From: Amoebophrya sp. A120
Lineage: Eukaryota; Protista; Dinoflagellata
Length of the DNA: 64,000 bases
Reading direction: 5' to 3'
Assembly: GCA_905178155.1 (NCBI GenBank)
Contig: CAJINV010000012.1
Span: 1,114,609-1,178,608 of the forward strand
Notes under the pieces: model-generated
Databases searched by the model: none
Told to the model about the DNA's origin: nothing
The model's input: only the letters and a program-made list of their open reading frames with translations
Program-made: the position numbers and the translations under genes
Shown: in pieces, positions 1 to 12,148 of the stretch
Layout of the letters: every line of letters begins with the position of its first letter
Numbering within the stretch: position 1 is the stretch's first letter

Positions 1-63
1 GNATGCAAAATGTGCATGACAAACCTGGCAATCTTCCAGACCCAGACATTTTTACATTTGATA
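1..63. mobile_element. Introner family A, right end only
   Basis: TTCCAGACCCAGACATTTTTACATTTGATA matches the family A terminus. Confidence 0.8.
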
Positions 64-3000
64 ATTGAACCGCGGCCCCAATTTGGACAAAAGCTTCGCG
101 TGCAGGTTGCCAAATTCCGTGCGGTACGCGACCCCCTTTTCGTGGATTACTTCGTAAAACTATCCTGCGTAAAAACGTCCCCACCCCAGAGTTGTCATGC
201 AAATCTTCACGCCCAAAATGCTTGCCATGCGCAGCCCCACGAGGAGCATTTTATTAAGGTCGCGCCCGGAGGGCGATATTGGTAACCAAATGCGTGCGCG
301 AAAATCTAACCAGCGCGAAGGCCCACCAACCTTTTTCTAACATCGCCGCGGCCCGCGCCGCGAAAGCGCGGCCCTGCGGGCCGCGCTTTCGCCGCGCAGC
401 CGCCGCCAGAAACGAGAAAAAGCACCATTTATTTTTAGTTCCTAGATTCCCACTTCTTCTTCTTGGGTCGCGGGCCGCAGTTGTGCTCGCGGCCCTTGGG
501 CCGCGGGGAAGTGGTGGAGCCCGCGGCGGCCCGCAGGCTCCTGCGATAAGCATTGAAGGCGAAATCCGGTCTGCTATTGCGCAGCGGGGCATCCTTTCTA
601 GCCCCCTGCATGACAAACTGGCCACCTGGCCAGGAAGGTATGTGGGCCGCGCTCTCATCATCTAACCAGGAAGCAAGGGCGCGCAAAAGAATGCGTTTTT
701 TGGCGAGCAGAACACCATCGCGAGTAACATTATGCACGAGGGCACGCTGGCCAGGAAAAAAGCGCAAATTTCAAAAAGTTAATCAATTCGCGCCATTTCC
801 GGCAGCCCTTTTGGGCCACCCAGATCGAGCATTTCCAAGCGGGAGGAGGCTCACAATTTTGGACCTCATACAGGTCGAAAACCGTGAGGGGTGGACACAC
901 CTCCACAGGCTTGATAATTGTGTTCTTGTCGTCCAATCCCGGTGGTACGAGGCTGCGGAAAATTTCGCGAACCCCTTTTGACCGGCAATTTCCAAGCGGC
1001 TTTTACTTTTTCAGCAAAAATTGTCATTTTCAATTTCCAAGCGGTTTCCGGGGACTGGACAAAATCGGTAAATTTTGTCGGCCGCTTCTATGCTGCGAAA
1101 AACTGCATTTTTTCAACGCTTTTTTTCAATTTCCAAGCGGCTGGAGCTGCCCGGACGTGACGCATTTTTCGCTACAAAACCCATCACACCATCGGCCCTT
1201 TCCAAAAATGCCACTATCTTTTTTCAGCTTCAGACCGGGCGGAGCTGCAAAAATGATCTTTTTTACCCTTTTCGCACTTGATAACTGCTGTTTTGGCTGC
1301 TTTCGGTAAAATTCCCAGAAATTCTGCCCGATTCGCTTTCTGAAGGCAAAACACACTTGATAATGCCCGCTTTTTCCACCGATTGCATACCCCCGAGTTC
1401 CTCCCATATGGCAACGGCAAAGCCTTCGCGCTGCGTTTGCGATGGATGAGCATCTCGCAAAGAGCGCTCGCTTGCGCACGCTTTGGTTACCAGATGATGC
1501 TGTTTTGGGATTTGTCATGCTCGAATCAGCATAATGTAGTCGATTTGTGATGCGGTTGCTCCAGCTAAACAGGACTACCGTAAGAGCCCAAGTTTGTCAT
1601 GCGCGACAGTCAAAGGTTGTGGATCATTTGTGTAGCAGATTCCCCCATCTTGAATGCTGTGGGGTGGGGAAGTAGTTTTTCCTCAGGATAAAAACTGCAG
1701 CGACTCAATTTCGGACTTGACTTTCAGCTCCACCAGTTGCTGCATCAAAAGAAAAAACGCCCCCACCTCGGATGCTTCAAAAATTTGTGATGCAAAGTTT
1801 CCAAAATGAGATTTTTTTGTCTTGCATAAAAGGACTATGAATCTTTCTGATGCAGAATCTCGGCGAGTAAGGCGTCTTTTACACGACAGGCTCGGTTGCT
1901 GCTGGGCTCTAGCGCAACAGAAATTTTAGCTGTTCCGCATTGAAAATTTGTGATGCTGATATATGCAAGAAGACGGGGAATGTTTCGAGATGAAAGGTTT
2001 GCAAGACAAACTTGCCAAGCTCTGGGGTGAGGGCACTTTTCATTGTAATATGCTGTCGCTGCTGTTCCAAGAGGACGTGTTGTTGTACATCGAGGTCCAC
2101 CTGGTCCGACCCGTGGCTGATTCCGTCTGGCTGCTCTGTTCGTGTACTACTACCGTCCTTGTGGAGTTCCTGCTTCTTCAAAAACAAAAGCTTCGTTTCC
2201 AGCTCTACCTCCCTCTGCGCGACCTTGGCCGCCTTGTCCTCCAAATGGAGCTGAAGTGCAGTTAATGCGGTTTCCTCGGAAATGGGCTCGGCGGACTCGG
2301 TCCTATCACACAGAAAAAAGCTGGCAGGGCATATTTGTAATGCAAAAATAAATACACAAAAAAATCTGCATTGCATATCCGAAACAGCATGCTATGGGGC
2401 CACCCATGGCAAGCGTTTCTGTGTATCTATTTTTGCATCACAAATATGCCCTGCCAGCTTTTTTCTCTGGGATAGGTCCCATCCTCCGCAAAAGCCTTGA
2501 CGAACGCCGCGGCGTGGGCTGTATCAAATGCAAACATGTCTGGGTCTGGAAACTTGTGATGCCAAAATCTGGATGACTGAAACGCTTTCGAATGCAGCCA
2601 AGCATGACAAGTCCTTGCAAAGCTGTTTCATACGTAGCGCGCATGACAAACTGCGTTTTTGCATCACAACGAACGCCGTGCGTTTGCTAGTCATGCAATA
2701 CAGATTTTCTTGGAATGTAGGGCCAGCATCACAACGAACGCTGTGCGTTTGCTAGTCATGCAATACAGATTTTCTTGGAATGTAGGGCCAGCATCACAAT
2801 TCCAGACCCAGACATATTTGCAATCCATAGGCTAAGGTCAGTTCAAATAAGTACGTTGGAAACGATCCATGATGTCGTGGTGCTTCATATTATGAAGAAA
2901 AGCCAGCCTATCAATCTCCATGTGGCCACAGGAACGGCGTCGTCAAACTCAAAGCATGTGAGGTCATCGAATAAATCACGCAATGGCATTTACAGGGAAA

Positions 3001-5552
3001 AAAGGTCCGTCTTCAGTCGACGCACCTCGCAGTCAGTTGTGCTGGGAAAATCGTATTTCTACCCCCGAACTACTAGACCTCTTCAATTCTAGGGAAGACG
3101 TGCAGCCTACGTAAAAAATGACATCATAGCATACCTCTCTTCTCCTTATCTGTCTTAAACGCCTGCACCTGCTCCCGCAGCAGGCGCAACTCATTATCGC
3201 AAGGAAAAATCCCCCCTCCCCATATTGAAGAGGCAGGTTTTCGAAAATTTGCGTTGCTGATTTGAGGTCACAAATCACGTGTGTGTTGCAAGAAGACAAG
3301 GGCAGCAGCTTCCGTCCCATTATGGAGCCAGTTTGTCATGCTGTTGAGCCAACATCGCGGACGCTTTTCATGCTAAGCGCCTAAGTCAAAGCCTCTCTAT
3401 TCAGGCTTGATATGGGTCTGCAGTCCTCTCCAGCGATTTGCGTACTCAAATACTGCATCACAGATTTCGTTTTCGATATGGGGAGGGGGGATTTTTCTTT
3501 TTGATACTCATCCTCGTGTACCTTCCCCGCCTCCGCCCTCGCCTGCACTAGACCTTCGGCAAACGCAGCCCGCTATGGGGGTGTCAGGATTGAACTCGGC
3601 AAAATCGAAAAACTTGTAATGCATAAAATGTAGGGCGCGCAAGGTCTGTGTTGGGGCGCAGGCAAATGAGACCGATTTCAAGCCTGTTTCGGGGAAACAA
3701 AGGCGATGCGCTGCCAGAGTAGCATGACAGAAGCAGTCTTCCTTGCCCAAACAGCACGACAGAGTGGACTTTGGTGCTCCCGAAATTTGTCATGCGCCAC
3801 TTGGACACTGAGGCTCCAACTGGTATCGATTTTATGCATCACAAATCATTTCAACTTTGACGATTTCGATCTTGACACTTCCATACCCGCTCCTGCTCTA
3901 GTAATTGCTGTAAGTCCGTGTTTGCGGCCTTCAGCTTCGCGACATTATCAAATGCAAATATGTCTCGGTCTGGAAGGATCCGAACTTGTGATGCGTGTTT
4001 CGGATCCTTCAAAGATCTGTGATGCAGAACGTGCAGAAGATGTTGCCCCTTTCTGGCCATTCTCAGAGGGCATTTCTCATGCAGAATACGCATCACCTCC
4101 AAGGAGCTGCAGAACCTGTGATGCTAGGCCCTGCATTCCAGACGTGGGGGAGCTTGAAAAAACTGCATGACAAAGACAAATCTCGGAATCTCCCAGACCC
4201 AGACTACATTTTTGCACTTGATAGACATGTTTCGCATGCAACTCGTCCAGCTGCGTCTGCATGATTCGGTTCTGAATGGACGCGTAGCTGACAGTATGGA
4301 TTGCAAATATGTCTGGGTCTGGAAGGATGGAACTTGTGATGCTGTGTTTGGATTCTAAAAAAGATTCGCATTGCATGACAAGCAACAGGAGTCCAGTTTG
4401 TGCTACGCGGGGAGGGCATTTGTCATGCGGAAAGGGCATCAGGAAGCCTGCTAAAAATGAAAATCTGCGATGCTAGCTCATGCATTACAAGCATCATGGA
4501 TCATGGAAAAGCTGCATGACAAACCTTGCATCCTTCCAGACCCAGAAATTTTTGCATTTGATAGACAGCGCCGCCGGCGCCGCCACTGCTCCCCGAGCTC
4601 TGTGTATTGCCGCTGATCTCCCGACCCCAACTCGCTAAGGACAGTATCAAATGGAAAAATCCCCCCACCCCATATCGAAAACGAAATTTGTGATGCTGTG
4701 TTAGTACACAAGTCGGCTTGTAATGCTAGAAGGCCAAGAGCCGCAGTTGTGCCCTCGTTTGCAGGCAATTTGTCATGCTGTTTCCCACTCTCAGTTGCTT
4801 CCTGTCATGCTGAAGATGCAAGGCTTCCCCACGCCACCCGGCAAGACAGTCCGCATCTTTTCCCTTCTAGCATGACAAAGCTGATTTGTGACTGCAAATC
4901 TGCATCACAGATCTCCGTTTTGATATGGGGAGGGGGGATTTTTCTTCTTGATAGACAGCCCGGAATGCTTCCGGGGGGGCGGGGTTCGTGTGTTTGGCAG
5001 GGCCGGAGCAGGCGCCGGGCCCGGGGGATAATTCTTTGATAAAATCGTCCCGGAACAAGGGATATCATTATTTTGCTCGTTATTTCTCACTACCTGCTGA
5101 AGTTCATCGACATAGGGCCCCCGCCGCGTAGGAGTTGTTGTGACGTGCGGTCCTGAAGGAGATATTGACGCCGGAACGTTTGCTGGATAACGAAAATCGT
5201 CAGGAACAAAATGACCACCGGACTGCGACTGGGGCGGGAAATAAAAGGCTTGCTCTGGTGAAGACGGCTCTGCTGGTCGTGGTGCGACGCCGGGGAATTG
5301 CTTTATTTGTTCCCCGGTAGCTTGGCTCAAGGAATAAAACGTCTGTCCATCTGCTAGTCCTCGTCCTGGAGGTTGTACTAGTTGTTCTTGCTGACTTATT
5401 CTATTTCCATGATGTACTAGTTCTTGCCTCAGCTGAGATGAGTTTGCGCCGGCTGAGGTCGTTTCACTAGTTATTCTGCCCTGCTCGCAAGCACCTCCTA
5501 CCTGCTGCGTGGGAGGACCACTCTCAGAATCTGCGAAATCCGTCTGAGCCAT
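64..5552 (-). CDS. Multi-exon coiled-coil hypothetical protein; 3' end runs off the window; interrupted by about 10 introners
   Basis: ATG at 5552 (ORF 4905..5552). Removing each TIR element plus one TSD copy joins exons in frame: ...RKHSGLSLASWGRE...GGAVSYASIQNRIMQTQLDELHAKHVAKLKAANTDLQQLLEQERAAFAEGLVQARAEAGKVHEDELRLLREQVQ..., and later AHAAAFVKAFAEDGTESAEPISEE...QQLVELKVKSEIESLQFYEVIHEKG. The segment 2830-3100 is not resolved. Confidence 0.75.
161..1690. mobile_element. Introner family D (TATCCTG..AAAAACGTCCCC) with nested 1.2-kb insertion
   Basis: TIR ends, TSD AAAAC/AAAAC. The outer parts align with the copy at 32336-32630. Confidence 0.85.
254..1495. mobile_element. Non-autonomous insertion with terminal hairpin and subterminal IR (Helentron/HINE-like)
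   Basis: Hairpin CGCCC-GGA-GGGCG at 263-275. IR TGGTAACCAAA(T)GCGTGCGC at 280-299 pairs with 1474-1492. Absent from sibling family D copies. Confidence 0.55.
1743..2050. mobile_element. Introner family H
   Basis: Degenerate TIR, TSD TGCTG/TGCTG. Reverse-orientation relative of 53887-54198. Confidence 0.8.
2304..2474. mobile_element. Introner family E (near-complete palindrome)
   Basis: Long TIR AAAAAAGCTGGCAGGGCATATTTGT, TSD GGTCC/GGTCC, frame restored. Confidence 0.9.
2522..2829. mobile_element. Introner family A with internal ~65-bp tandem duplication
   Basis: TIR TATCAAATGCAAACATGTCTGGGTCTGGAA, TSD GGCTG/GGCTA. Duplication at 2661-2790. Confidence 0.85.
3195..3506. mobile_element. Introner family B
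   Basis: TIR GAAAAATCCCCCCTCCCCATAT, TSD CTCAT/CTCAT. Confidence 0.9.
3574..3885. mobile_element. Introner family F
   Basis: TIR TATGG..GTGTCA.GAT.GAA, TSD CCCGC/CCCGC. Similar to 31231-31537. Confidence 0.9.
3946..4223. mobile_element. Introner family A
   Basis: TIRs, TSD GACAT/GACAT. Confidence 0.9.
4295..4563. mobile_element. Introner family A
   Basis: TIRs, TSD GACAG/GACAG. Confidence 0.9.
4645..4953. mobile_element. Introner family B
   Basis: TIRs, TSD GACAG/GACAG. Confidence 0.9.
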
Positions 5553-6130
5553 TGATCTCCTTTGCTGGGTCCAGGTTCAGATCTTGTTCAGATATTTATA
5601 AGTAGGTGACACTTTCGATTCTCGCATCCAATTCGACAACTTGGCCTCAGAAATAAATTGTGTCAGAACGAAGCCAGCTACTCGCGGTTGTCGTCTTTCA
5701 AACAAGTGTCAATATCAACAAGAGCGTCCTCTGTTGTAATACGCCGAACGAAAGCACTTTGTTGATCTCCCGGGCCAGCTTGGACATGGCTTTCATCCGT
5801 TTGTGTACTTCTTAGTCGAAAGATCGGCAACGAAACACTTCACGAAAAAATGCAACATCGATCGTGGAGGCCGAGTGTGGCCATCGACTACGATTGATCC
5901 TCCAAGGGCGAAAAATAGTATAGAAAATGGTCTCTCGAAAATAAAACCACTGTCTTTCCAAGGCAAAACAAGAGGAGCGTCGACTCAAGTAGACGTAGTG
6001 GTCTCTTGAAATTTGTTGGAACTACGGGGAGCCACGAAATCAGTCGGCTTTTTTGTTCATGATTGGCCAACTTTGTTCACCACGACAGTGATTGCGACGT
6101 ATGAGAAACACACAACTACTGAACACCGGC
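5476..6130 (+). repeat. Locally repeated segment (gene 5' end plus upstream region), copy 1 of 3
   Basis: Similar to 9493-10060 plus 11045-11170, and to 16071-16470 (for example GATCTTGTTCAGAT...TGCAACATCGATCGT...GGCCATCGACTACGATTGATCC). Confidence 0.8.
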
Positions 6131-7044
6131 GCCAAAAGAGATCAAGTTTTACACTGAAGTTTTTCTGTAGCAAGACCGGACCCCTATTTTTCCACTGTCA
6201 CAAACTCTGTGCTGACCTATGACGAGATCGCACCATCGGGATGTTTATTTTAGAGTCCTTCAATCTTGGTGCCGTACTTCTCTCGCAGGATATGCCACGG
6301 GGCGAGATAAAATGTATGGAGCCGGCTAGGCTACGAAGCATGCAGGCTATGCTATACGGTCGGAAAGGCAAGATATCCGGGGAAAAAAAAAGTGTGAAGG
6401 AGGATTATACTTGTTGGGGTAGAGTTGATACTGCGAGAGATGTTCTTTGACTGGGAAACTTTACTGTGACTCGCAGATTTTTTTCTGAGATAAAGGTAAA
6501 GCTGCGCTTGAGGGCTGTGCTTCTATTGTTCTGGTGGCAACAAACACGAAGACTCTCATGATCGTGCGAGATCTGGCACCCGTCTACATGGATACTAGCG
6601 GTCGGTTGATGAAGTGCCACCAGGAAGATCGTAAAAAAAAACAATGCAGACCAGTGCCCTTGAGCAAGCATAAAAGTAAGTAATAGAATTCGGTGGAGAA
6701 GCGACCCGCCTGAAAGTCGGCGCAAAACTTCCCCGCACGGATCCTACATGCCTACTTCTCTTCCAACTCACGCCATCCGAAAGCAAAACAAATTAAGTAT
6801 AAGTAAGTAGTATCAATCCAGAGGTGACAACCCATATTCCAGAAAAGAGACTGAGCTAAACTTCGTACGTAGTCAGGAGAAAAAAACAATGTAAGCATTT
6901 TGCAACAAATGAGTATTTTTTTCAAACGGGCATCATCAAAACAGATTCAAAACAAAAATCACAAAAATAATTCGACCTTCTGTGAACACGCTTTGCCCAC
7001 TTCTAGGCCAGTGAGCAACGTCCATACTGCCAATAGCATGTCTG

Positions 7045-7467
7045 CTAAAGAGGCAAGAGTGCCGCCCCTACGCCTGCAGTAGCAGCAGCATTTGCACACA
7101 GTTCCGGATTGTCAGTGCAAGCCTTCGTACCCGCCGCCGCAGCCTGCCCCGCACCCGAGTTATCTACCGCCTGCTGCATCTGCGGGCTCATCGTCTGCTC
7201 CCCCGTCGGGACCCATCTCTGTTCACCCGTCAAAGCCCCAACCTTGTTCATCTTGATGCGCATCTTGGCCTTCGTCGCTTCATCCACTGTTTCACCTGCC
7301 AACGCCTTGTGTCCCTTCTTCTTCTTGTGCGCCTTGGACTTCACCGCGTCAACCGCTTCGCCGGTCAAGGTTTTACTTGCCTCCTTCTGCTTCTTGTCGA
7401 CATCCAGAAACGCTTGCTCGATTGCTGGATTGCTGGATTGCTGGATTGCTGGCGCTGTTTGGTACAA
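7045..7467 (-). CDS. Probable terminal exon of a small hypothetical protein
   Basis: 140-aa ORF with protein-like composition, repeated (L/P)(T/A)GE motifs and a hydrophobic C-terminus. Start uncertain. Confidence 0.4.
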   Translation of the reverse strand: MYQTAPAIQQSSNPAIEQAFLDVDKKQKEASKTLTGEAVDAVKSKAHKKKKGHKALAGETVDEATKAKMRIKMNKVGALTGEQRWVPTGEQTMSPQMQQAVDNSGAGQAAAAGTKACTDNPELCANAAATAGVGAALLPL

Positions 7468-7837
7468 TATTTAGAATTTCAGAAATCACCTCTATCGAAA
7501 AGGAAAATCAGACGTAGTCGACGGCCCCATCTCACCAGACCGATTACATTAAAATATGTCTGTGTCTGAAAAAGTGGAACTTGATCGAGTGTGTGCCTAC
7601 TTGCATTCGATTCCTGAGCAATCTACATTGCATGACAGGCAAGTGTGCTACTTTAATCGTCATGCAAAAGCGCAGACTGTGATGCGCGCTACGCATGAGA
7701 CGACGTCAGCAATCATGCTCGAGTGCGCTTCAAGGTGGCAGGCTCCTGCTCCATCGTAAAGCCTCACAAAATAAATTGAAATTCCAGACCCAGAACACAT
7801 ATTATTTGCAATCCACTCACTCGTAGCAAATCCAATT

Positions 7838-8074
7838 CTATACGGGTTTCCAGTTCGACGGGCTGATCGGCGGCGTGTCGGCCTGCTCCAGCAGCCCCTT
7901 GATTTCGTGGCCGCTCCAAACCATTTTTTTCGCACGGTCCTCCTCCATTTTCTTCTCCGCGGCCACCAGGGCGGCGGAGGAAATGAACAGCTTCTGCGCA
8001 GTCTTGGTCATCCTGGACAGCAATAAGATGAACCTGTTCGAAATTGTAATTGAATATTGGTCGTTCACCTGCAT
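7838..8074 (-). CDS. Probable exon of a hypothetical protein
   Basis: ORF with an AG acceptor near 8070 and coding-like composition. A decayed family A element lies next to it at about 7545-7817. Confidence 0.3.
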   Translation of the reverse strand: MQVNDQYSITISNRFILLLSRMTKTAQKLFISSAALVAAEKKMEEDRAKKMVWSGHEIKGLLEQADTPPISPSNWKPV

Positions 8075-9492
8075 TAGAAATTAAAATGATGACTTCGCAG
8101 AGTGCAGCCGTACTTTAAGTAATAAATTTCTGCAGCGCACAAAGTAAGCGGCACCGATCCCGCCACGCATCTTTGATGTTAATGTTGATGATGCTGATAC
8201 ATACTAAAGCATGCTACTTGCGCTTATGAATTAAAAGTCAATCGCTATATAACAATCAGAATACCGGACGCCTGACGGTTCTGCTAAGTGCTGTGGAAGG
8301 ATGGGACGAAAGATGTTGCTCTACTTGTGTCGAAACAACTCAAGACGGTGAGTGCCTGTTATTCGAGTTGTTCTTTGCGTTTTGGTTTCTTTCATCAAGT
8401 CAGCATCCGTTTCTAAAAAACGAGATGAAAATGAGAGATGATTAAAGCAAAGCGCTTGATTTATAATCGTATTCACTGTTACCTCGTCGGCTTCTACTGA
8501 AATCCGAAGGAATGCCATAAGAGAAGAGTTCCTGCGGAATCCAAAAAAAAAATCCGATACCTTTAGCTTCACGTGAGCGGTTGCGTTTCGAAGGTTGCGC
8601 TGCGTCTCCACCGGACGAGTGCGCTATTTTTGTTGTTTTCCTGTTGCTCCTGGGAACAAAAAAGAAAAAAATCCTGCTTGTAAGGTTGCTGTTTTGGGAC
8701 CATAATATAAAAGTACTTTGACGTCACAACTTGTCCACACTTCTACAGGGATGTGGATGACAATCTACTTGGTTCGGCTTTATTCGTATCTCTAACAGCC
8801 CGGCCTCTATCTTCCTACAGCAACGTACGCAACGAGTACGAGTCTTCGCACGAACCGCTTGCTCTTGATGATGTAGAACGATGCGCGATCGCGACGGGGA
8901 AGTCTAGGCTTTTCAACGAGGAGGACTTTTGGACGTCATCGTATTTGTACGCTCACGAGACCCTAAATTCGTCCTACTGGGCGACGACGTGACGAGTTAG
9001 TACGATCGGGCGATTATAGAACAAATCATCATCTATTCGGCTTTGCACTGGCACGATACTATTACTAGTATGACCGAAAGTGTCTACGAACGGCGCGTTC
9101 GCTTCTACGATGTTTTTATCTTATTAGAGTGGCGTTGCAATTGATGAATGTATTCTGTTCAGCGGTGTCGCCTTAGAATGTCCTTCGGGGAGTAGCGCTG
9201 CAATTATTTGCTTCAGCTTGAAAATTCACGTTTGCAGAACGAACAGCCAGCGTAACAATCATGACAGTGCCTGTGGTCTAACAGTGGCGCGTCTTTGGAT
9301 TGACAACCTGCCGGATGTACAACATTTGTCTTTTTGTAGAACAAGTCAAGAAGTACGCACTATACCCTCCTCGTGCTTATTGTATAATACGACACGAGCG
9401 AGAAGAAACGCACAGTTGCACACACCGTGGCGAAAAGAAAACAAATCCGCAGCAGGGTAGTTACATACTCGGCTGCAGCTGTGCCAAGATCT

Positions 9493-11170
9493 TCTGCCCT
9501 GCTCGCAAGCACCTCTTCCTTGCTGCGTGGGAGGACCAGGATCAGAATCTGCGAAATCCGTTTGACCCATTGATCTCCTTGGCTGGGTCCAGGTTCACGT
9601 TCCGATCTTCTTGTTCAGATATTTATAAGTAGGTGACACTTTCGATTCTCGCATCCACTTCGACAGCTTGGCCTCAGAAAAATGCCGTGTCGGAACGAGG
9701 CCAGCTACTCGAGCTCGTGGTCTTTCAAACAAGTGTCAATAAATATTAAGGGGGCTCTCTGTGATACGCCGACGAGCAAAAGCAGTTCATTGTTGATCTC
9801 CCTGGACGCGACAGTTTGGACGTAACATGGGTTCATCTGCTCATCCTTTTGTGTACTTAGCTGAAAGATGAAGATCGGGATCGGCAACGAAACACTTCAT
9901 GAAAAAATGCAACATCGATCGTGGAGGCCGAGTGTGGCCATGATCGACTACTACTACGATTGATCCAAGGGCCAGAAATAGTAGAGAAGGTGGTCTCTGT
10001 AAAATAAAATCGCTGTCTTTCCAAAGCAGAACATGAGGAGCGTCGACTCAAGTAGACGTAGATCGGCTGCAACAAGGCCATGTCACGATGAATCCAGAAT
10101 GTACCAAATATAGCCGCCGAGGCGGGGGTAGTGAGGTCCAGCGGGGTCTTTTTGCCAGACTGGACGACGCTGGGCCTTTTTGCTCTTTTCAGAGGAGAAA
10201 CGCTTTCCCGCACGCTATGGCCCCAGAAGGGCCTCCGCCAGGGTCGGCCCTGTGGGCCGCCAAAATCGGGACCATAGCATGCGGGTTGGCCTGCTGCTTT
10301 TGGCGAGGTTTGCGTCCTTTGGTTTTTTTTTGTTGAAAAGCCGCGCCCCTGCCGCCTCCTGAATCGAAACGCTTTCCCGCATGCTATAGCCACCCAAGGG
10401 CCCCCACCAAGCCCGCCGCCCTGGGCGCCCCACATCGGGCCCATAGCATGCGGATTGGCTGAGATTTTGGCGAGCTTTCCGCCTTTTGTTTTTTTTTGTT
10501 GAAAAGTCGCACTTTTTGGATTGTTCCCCGCATTACAAATGCCCGTTTTTGGTGGCCGTCTTTGCGACCTCCAAAAGTGGCCAAAAATGGTGGCCATAGC
10601 ATGCGGATTCGCAGCTTTTTTCGGCTTGGCATTTTTTCGGCGCCCCTTTTTGGGCGCCCCAAATCGGCGGAATTAGGTGCGCTGGGCGCCTCAGAAGGGC
10701 GCCCCTTTTGCCGGCTCCTCTGCGTCGTTTTTTAGATCGGCGACCGATAGAATCCGCCGGCGATTCGGTGCCGACACAGCCAGAGCCGACTGATAAATGG
10801 GAATTTTTTATGTCAAAAAACGCTTCCGGCCGATTGAAAACTGCCGGCCGTTTTGCTGTCTGGCTGTCAAAAAAACTCCCCGGTTAGAACCGTTCGGTGA
10901 CCTCACTACATAGATATGAAAACTAAACAGGTCACAAAAAAAAAATCTCTAGAACAACAAGCTCCTGGGAATTCAAACTGTCCTTCTCGGACGTCGAGCA
11001 GGAGGTGGTGCGAGGTGATCAGAGTCGGGCTCAAGATCAAGAACGTAGTGGTCTTTTGCAATTGTATTCTGTAACCGGGAACCACGAAACCAGTCGGCTT
11101 TTGTTCATGGTTGTCGGAGCTAATCCCGAACCAAAACACACGAATGCTGAACACTATCGATCGCCAGACC
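9493..11170 (+). repeat. Copy 2 of the repeated gene-start segment, split by ~1 kb of inserted sequence
   Basis: MGQTDFADSDPGPPTQQ (ORF 9346..9570) versus MAQTDFADSESGPPTQQ. Similarity stops at about 10060 and resumes at about 11045. Confidence 0.75.
10110..10912. mobile_element. GC-rich non-autonomous insertion with terminal hairpin and subterminal IR (Helentron/HINE-like)
   Basis: Hairpin CCGCC-GA-GGCGG at 10114-10125. IR GTAGTGAGGTC at 10128-10138 pairs with GACCTCACTAC at 10899-10909. Internal repeats of CCATAGCATGCGG. Confidence 0.55.
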
Positions 11171-12148
11171 GTAGTTGTAGTTCCACTGTCATTGTAACAA
11201 TGACAAAGTGTTTGCTGCATGAGCATTCCTTATGTGGTTGGAAATCTATAGCGCATCATGCGTAATTCGTATGACTCAAGGACTGCGGAGTACGACACGG
11301 GGGCTTTGAGGAATCGCATTCATCTTCACACATGTAGCACATCTGTAACATTCCATTTGCTTTGTACTGCTGATTGTCACATTTTTATATATATGCATTG
11401 TCTTCTCTCTTTGTTTTCTTGTTTTCTTGTTTCGTTGTTGTCTTGAGATCTGACAGTTTTTGGTGATTTACCACCATTCTGGGTCGAGTGTTGAGCACTT
11501 TCTCGCTGGACAATGTGCATACGCTGACAATGGTGTACGTGATCGTGAAAATCAAGAATTGATGCTTCACGGAGGAGTTCTCGTCTGTCCCAAGACTATA
11601 ATTTTCTTCGTATCTAGTACAATTATACAAAATACTTATCTCCCTCTTTCAATAAAACACCTGTCCGCCCTTAGTGTTCAAGAGATCAAAGACCAATCCC
11701 TATCCACCGATCAACCCATCGTAAGTTTTCAGCGAATGACAAAGATCCGCCAAAGCCGTCGCCACGTGACAGAGATGACAGACGGCGTTTTTACAATGAA
11801 GAGATACTTACTTTAAACTGGCGTTTCTACAAGCAGCTTCCGTCATTTCAAACGCTGTCGTGCAAACTCTTGCACCTCCTTCTAGAGCATGATTATACAT
11901 TTTTAGAGCTAACTCTTGCACCTACATTCAACAGCATGATTATACTTTTTTAAAGCTACAGGTTGGATCAGTAGGACAAGTGTAGTTTATTTCTCACGAC
12001 TCTTTTTGATTTTATTCCACCTCCCGACGAGACGCAAGAATTGCTTGTTCCCTCGTTCAAGTGCGTCGAAATTGTTCGTCTGCACGGACGGCATCTGCAC
12101 GAAGGTCTACTTCGCATCATGGCATGTTAGACGACCATCGCGGAATTT

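Noticed and set aside
11866-11960. Two-copy ~46-bp tandem repeat (also the 8-bp ATTGCTGG repeats at 7421-7452)
   Set aside because: Ordinary slippage duplications with no further structure.
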